Source: an uncultured Spirochaetota bacterium
Lineage (GTDB): Bacteria; Spirochaetota; Spirochaetia; SZUA-6; Fen-1364
NCBI GenBank assembly: GCA_963753085.1
Contig: CAVWBF010000022.1
Location: 177,086-241,085 of the forward strand
DNA length: 64,000 nt
Direction of reading: 5' to 3'
This document shows positions 60,564 through 64,000 of the stretch, piece after piece (position 1 is the first letter of the stretch; every line of letters begins with the position of its first letter). Below the pieces are notes generated by a model, which made no database searches, was not told the origin of the DNA, and worked only from the letters and a program-made list of their open reading frames with translations. Both the position numbers and the translations under genes were made by a program.

Positions 60564-61328
60564 ATGGACCTTGGTCTGAAAGGAAAAACGGCAATCGTGA
60601 CGGGAGGCGGGACCGGAATCGGGGCGGGCATCTGCGAAGCCCTGGCCCAGGAGGGGGTCAACGTCGCGATCAACTGGATTGTCGGCAAGGACGAGGTGAC
60701 GGCTTTTGCCGCCGAGCTGTCCGCCAGGTATGGATCGGACTGCCGCCCCTTTTACGCCGACGTGTCCAAGGCGGAGGATCTGGACGCGATGGTGAAAGAG
60801 GTGGCCGCCGCGTACGGCCACATCGACATCCTGGTCAACAATGCCGGCATCTGGCCCACGGAGAACATCCTGGACATGACGGATTGCAGCTGGGAAAAAG
60901 TCATCAGGATCAATCTCAACGGCCCGTTCCTTCTTTCCCGGCGGGTGGCAAAACACATGGTGGACGCGGGCATCAAGGGAAGCATCATCAACCTTTCCTC
61001 GAAGTCCGGCATTACGTACAACACCGCCGGGCATGCCCATTACGCTTCGGCCAAGGCCGGGATCAACATGCTGACCAAGACCCTGGCCCGTGAGCTTCTG
61101 CCCTACGGCATCCGGGCCAACGCGATTGCACCGGGCATGGTCCGAACGCCGATCAACGAGGACAAGTGGACGGACCCCGAGCTGAAGAAGGCATACGAAG
61201 CGCGTATTCCCTCCGGGAGATTCGCGCAGCCGGTCGAGATCGGCTACACGGTTGCCTTCCTGGCATCAGAGAAGTCTTTCAACATCATGGGAACGGTGAT
61301 CGATATCACCGGCGGAATGCTGATATAG
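60564..61328 (+). CDS. Short-chain dehydrogenase/reductase (classical SDR)
   Basis: 254 aa. TGGGTGIGAGI coenzyme motif, NNAG, catalytic Y-x3-K (YASAK). Confidence 0.85.
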   Translation: MDLGLKGKTAIVTGGGTGIGAGICEALAQEGVNVAINWIVGKDEVTAFAAELSARYGSDCRPFYADVSKAEDLDAMVKEVAAAYGHIDILVNNAGIWPTENILDMTDCSWEKVIRINLNGPFLLSRRVAKHMVDAGIKGSIINLSSKSGITYNTAGHAHYASAKAGINMLTKTLARELLPYGIRANAIAPGMVRTPINEDKWTDPELKKAYEARIPSGRFAQPVEIGYTVAFLASEKSFNIMGTVIDITGGMLI

Positions 61329-61360
61329 AGGGCGCCGTTTCGGGCGCGGGAGGAAACGTC

Positions 61361-62140
61361 GTGGGCGTTGACTTGAAGGGAAAAACGTGCGTTGTGACGG
61401 GCTCCGCCAAGAGCATCGGACTTGGCGTGGCGGAGATGTACGCGGGGCTGGGAGCGAAAGTGGCGATGATCGACCTCAATCCCGAGGTCGTGACGCAGGC
61501 GGAGCGCATGGGCAAGGCAGGGCATTGCGTGCGCGGGTACGTGGTCGACATCACGGACCGCGACGCGGTCATGAGGTGCTTTGACGACATCGAGAAGACA
61601 CTCGGGGACGTCTATGCGCTGGCAAACGTCGCCGGGGCCGTGGATCAGCAGCCTTTCACGGAGATCACACCCGAGCGGCTGGACACGATGAACAGGATCA
61701 ACATCAACGGCTCCGTGTGGTGCGCGCAGGCGGCCCTGCGGACCATGAAGGGTTTGAAGAACGGCCGCATCATCAATTTTGCCTCCAAGTCGGGAAAGAC
61801 GGGCTCTGCCATCATGGCGGCCTACTCGGGAGCCAAGGGGGCAATCATCTCCGTCACCCACGCCATGGCGTTCGAGCTGGCTAAGGACAACATCAAGGTC
61901 AACTGCCTGTGCCCCGGCATCGTGGAAAACACCGGCGTGTGGGGCTCGGTGAGCAAGGGCTACGTGGAGAACCTCAAGATGGAGGAGGAGGCGGTCGTGA
62001 AGCAGTTCACCTCCAAGGTACCCCTCGGAAGATTGTGCAGAATCGACGACGTGGTGTCGTTCGTGAGGTTCCTGACCGTGGACGGAGACTACTGCACGGG
62101 GCAGGCGTTCAACATCACGGGCGGCCGTGAGATGCATTAA
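61361..62140 (+). CDS. Short-chain dehydrogenase/reductase (second SDR)
   Basis: GTG start 6 nt after a GGGAGGA ribosome-binding site. [10 protein letters not shown] motif and YSGAKGAI catalytic Tyr/Lys. The ORF-track extension back to 61166 overlaps the first SDR and is not credible. Confidence 0.8.
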   Translation: MGVDLKGKTCVVTGSAKSIGLGVAEMYAGLGAKVAMIDLNPEVVTQAERMGKAGHCVRGYVVDITDRDAVMRCFDDIEKTLGDVYALANVAGAVDQQPFTEITPERLDTMNRININGSVWCAQAALRTMKGLKNGRIINFASKSGKTGSAIMAAYSGAKGAIISVTHAMAFELAKDNIKVNCLCPGIVENTGVWGSVSKGYVENLKMEEEAVVKQFTSKVPLGRLCRIDDVVSFVRFLTVDGDYCTGQAFNITGGREMH

Positions 62141-62160
62141 GAACTGATGACAAGGAGGAA

Positions 62161-62481
62161 ATGATGGCGGAGAACCAGAATGAAGCATTGGGAATGATCG
62201 AGACGCGCGGGTTCAGCGCGATGGTGGAAGCAGCCGACGCCATGGTGAAGGCGGCAAAGGTGGACCTGATCGGGTTCGAGAAAATCGGCGGCGGGTACGT
62301 GACGGCGATTGTCCGAGGGGATGTGGCCGCCTGCCGGGCCGCGGTGGAGGCGGGCAGCCGCGCCGCTGAGAAGGTGGGGGAGATCGTCAGCACGCACGTG
62401 ATTCCGCGGCCGCACACCTCCGTGGATGCGGCTTTGCCCATAGGGCGGCAGCCGATCGGGCGCACTGAAGGGAAGGCGTAG
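62161..62481 (+). CDS. Bacterial microcompartment hexameric shell protein (BMC-H, PduA/EutM type)
   Basis: [57 protein letters not shown]...HVIPRPH is the canonical Pfam00936 sequence. Confidence 0.9.
   Translation: MMAENQNEALGMIETRGFSAMVEAADAMVKAAKVDLIGFEKIGGGYVTAIVRGDVAACRAAVEAGSRAAEKVGEIVSTHVIPRPHTSVDAALPIGRQPIGRTEGKA
62197..62440 (+). repeat. About 245-bp direct repeat, copy A: the BMC-H core coding region, >95% identical to 63211..63454
   Basis: Long identical nucleotide runs are visible between the two BMC-H genes. The mirrored identical peptides in the minus-strand ORFs 62115..62717 and 62967..63407 confirm the duplication. Confidence 0.85.
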
Positions 62482-62483
62482 CC

Positions 62484-63125
62484 ATGGCCGTGGACCTGAG
62501 GAGCTACGTGTTCCTGGATTCGCTTCAGCTGCAGAACGCTTCGTTCATTGCCACGGTGTCCAAGGGGTACTACCCCATAGGCGGACAGGCCTGCTGCGTG
62601 ATCGAGATTGCCCCGGGGATCGAGATCAACAGGCTCACCGATATTGCCCTGAAGGCGACAAACGTCACCCCCGGGCTGCAGATCGTGGAACGCGCGTACG
62701 GGCTTCTGGAGGTGCACTCGGACAGCCAGGGGGACGCCCGCATGGCGGGGGAAGCGGTGCTGAAGGAGCTGAAGAAAAGCGAATCAGACCGGCTGAAGCC
62801 GCGGGTGATGACGAGCCAGCTCATCAAGAACATTTCGGACCACCATGCCCAGCTGATCAACAAGGTGCGCCACGGCAACATGGTTCTCCGCGGTGACACG
62901 CTCTACGTGCTGGAGGTGGAGCCGGCCGGCTACGCTTACTATGCGGCCAACGAAGCGGAGAAAACCTCAGAGGTCAACATCATCGAGGTGCTGGGCTTCG
63001 GGGCGTTCGGAAGGGTCTACATCGCGGGAGAAGAGGCGGAGGTGATCGAGGCGCGCAGGATCGTGGAAGCGCGGCTGGAAAGCCTTTCGGGACGGCAGAT
63101 AGCCGCGAATGCGGCGCGGATATAG
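62484..63125 (+). CDS. Probable tandem-domain BMC shell protein (BMC-T-like, divergent)
   Basis: 213 aa with two BMC-like halves (…[16 protein letters not shown]…; …[26 protein letters not shown]…), flanked by BMC-H genes. Confidence 0.55.
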   Translation: MAVDLRSYVFLDSLQLQNASFIATVSKGYYPIGGQACCVIEIAPGIEINRLTDIALKATNVTPGLQIVERAYGLLEVHSDSQGDARMAGEAVLKELKKSESDRLKPRVMTSQLIKNISDHHAQLINKVRHGNMVLRGDTLYVLEVEPAGYAYYAANEAEKTSEVNIIEVLGFGAFGRVYIAGEEAEVIEARRIVEARLESLSGRQIAANAARI

Positions 63126-63141
63126 GAAAAGAGGCACGTAC

Positions 63142-63504
63142 ATGGCTGAAAACGACTTTGATGCCCAGGGCGCGGGGTCCGCGCACAGCGCAGGGTCTGC
63201 GCTCGGAATGATCGAGACGCGCGGGTTCAGCGCGATGGTGGAAGCGGCCGACGCCATGGTGAAGGCGGCAAAGGTGGACCTGATCGGGTTCGAGAAAATC
63301 GGCGGCGGGTACGTGACGGCGATTGTCCGAGGGGATGTGGCCGCCTGCCGGGCCGCGGTGGAAGCGGGCAGCCGCGCCGCGGAGAAGGTGGGGGAGATCG
63401 TCAGCACGCACGTGATCCCGCGGCCTCACGAGAGCGTGGATGCGGCGCTGCCCCTGGGGCGGCAGGCACCCGCGCGGAAGCCGGCCCCGGCGGGAAAGAA
63501 GTAG
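63142..63504 (+). CDS. BMC-H shell protein, near-identical paralog of 62161..62481 with a longer N-terminal tail and a Pro/Ala/Lys-rich C-terminal tail
   Basis: The core domain is about 97% nucleotide-identical to the first BMC-H gene. Starts at MAENDFDAQ. Confidence 0.9.
   Translation: MAENDFDAQGAGSAHSAGSALGMIETRGFSAMVEAADAMVKAAKVDLIGFEKIGGGYVTAIVRGDVAACRAAVEAGSRAAEKVGEIVSTHVIPRPHESVDAALPLGRQAPARKPAPAGKK
63211..63454 (+). repeat. About 245-bp direct repeat, copy B, paired with 62197..62440
   Basis: Same as copy A. Confidence 0.85.
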
Positions 63505-63516
63505 AGAGCCGCTCCC

Positions 63517-63825
63517 ATGGTACTGGCGCGGGTGACGGGCACCGTGGTCTCCACGCACAAGCCGGGCTCGATGCAGGGGCTTCGACTCCTTCTTCTGGAG
63601 AAGGTGGACGCGGTGACCCTGAAGGGCAAGGGCGATTACGTGGTGGGCATTGACGGCGTTGGCGCGAACGCCGGGGAGATCGTCTTCTACGTGACCGGCT
63701 CCAGCGCGCGCATGACGGATACCACCAAGGGCAAGCCCTCGGATGCCACCATCATCGCAATCGTGGACGTCATTGAGAAAGACGGGACCGTCACCTACCA
63801 GAAAGCGGGAGAGGCGGCCTCGTGA
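63517..63825 (+). CDS. BMC pentameric vertex protein (EutN/PduN/CcmL family)
   Basis: 102 aa. MVLARVTGTVVSTHKPGSMQGLRLLLLE... matches Pfam03319. Confidence 0.85.
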   Translation: MVLARVTGTVVSTHKPGSMQGLRLLLLEKVDAVTLKGKGDYVVGIDGVGANAGEIVFYVTGSSARMTDTTKGKPSDATIIAIVDVIEKDGTVTYQKAGEAAS

Positions 63826-64000
63826 ACATCGCCCGGGTGAGCGGGACAGTGGTGGCCTCGCAGAGGGCGGACACGGTGGAGGGCGCCCGGTGGCTTCTCG
63901 TGGAGGAGTGCGACCCGCGTGGAAGCGGCCGGGGAGACTTCCTGGTTGCCCTCGACATGGTGGGCGCTGACAGGGGCCAGGTTGTGCTTCTCACGCAGGG
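63822..64000 (+). CDS. Second BMC vertex protein (EutN/PduN family), 3'-truncated by the window end
   Basis: GTG start overlapping the upstream stop as GTGA. VNIARVSGTVVASQRADTVEGARWLLVEE is EutN-like. The frame is still open at 64000. Confidence 0.7.
   Translation, partial: MNIARVSGTVVASQRADTVEGARWLLVEECDPRGSGRGDFLVALDMVGADRGQVVLLTQ

Noticed and set aside
61166-61360. Upstream extension of the second SDR ORF back to 61166
   Set aside because: It overlaps the 3' end of the first SDR gene in another frame. A GGGAGGA ribosome-binding site followed by a GTG at 61361 gives a canonical SDR N-terminus ([13 protein letters not shown]).

Overview
This is a high-GC (~67%) bacterial chromosomal segment with tight gene packing and many start/stop overlaps; the gene content suggests an anaerobe. 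I found no rRNA, tRNA, CRISPR array, transposase or integrase. In order along the window:

- **1-2005:** the 3' end of a large helicase-like gene.
- **2.0-3.6 kb:** two secreted hypothetical proteins.
- **3.7-6.9 kb (minus strand):** a response regulator, a frameshifted tandem-PDZ protein and a histidine kinase.
- **7.1-10.8 kb:** a FecR-like lipoprotein converging on a ~1010-aa secreted HEXXH metalloprotease with TolB-like beta-propeller repeats.
- **10.8-14.7 kb (minus strand):** ackA, hisI, hisG, thyA and folA, running into the metalloprotease through ATGA start/stop overlaps.
- **14.7-15.9 kb:** a GT9 heptosyltransferase and a 34-aa lysine/alanine-rich basic protein.
- **16.0-22.5 kb (minus strand):** a complete F1Fo ATP synthase operon, atpBEFHAGDC.
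- **22.7-27.4 kb:** a ChlI/MoxR-like AAA+ ATPase carrying two homopolymer frameshifts, its vWA partner, and a CHASE3-PAS-HisKA_3 kinase.
- **27.5-35.0 kb:** an MFS efflux pump, htpG, a 906-aa membrane protein, a possible SLH lipoprotein, and a perfect 54-bp tandem duplication.
- **35.1-36.1 kb:** a zinc-dependent alcohol dehydrogenase.

The second half, 36-64 kb, is the interesting part and reads as an accessory catabolic supercluster. It holds two paralogous glycyl-radical enzyme (GRE) plus activase modules of the eliminase type, each carrying a Cys-x-Glu motif.

- **Module 1:** an AraC regulator, GRE, activase and a 612-aa ASKHA/ROK-like protein.
- **Module 2:** a ribose-type sugar ABC transporter and a shikimate-dehydrogenase-family gene, then activase, GRE, a frameshifted ROK kinase and a DeoR regulator.
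- **Downstream:** a convergent operon of Gfo/Idh/MocA oxidoreductase, RmlD-like reductase and RPE-family epimerase, plus an MFS transporter, an M15 peptidase and a phosphoesterase.
- **Regulator and promoter region:** an AraR-like (GntR HTH plus sugar-binding domain) regulator sits beside a strikingly AT-rich promoter region that carries a 16-bp perfect palindrome.
- **Microcompartment operon:** two SDR dehydrogenases followed by bacterial-microcompartment shell genes: BMC-H, BMC-T, a near-identical duplicated BMC-H, and two BMC-P vertex genes. It runs off the window end.

A 12-bp palindrome, TTTCATATGAAA, sits in the promoter regions of both the ABC-transporter operon and the epimerase/reductase/oxidoreductase operon. 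I read the region as a candidate, so far uncharacterised, GRE-associated microcompartment pathway for a sugar or sugar-derived substrate. Four genes are broken by single-base frameshifts, three of them at or near homopolymer runs.
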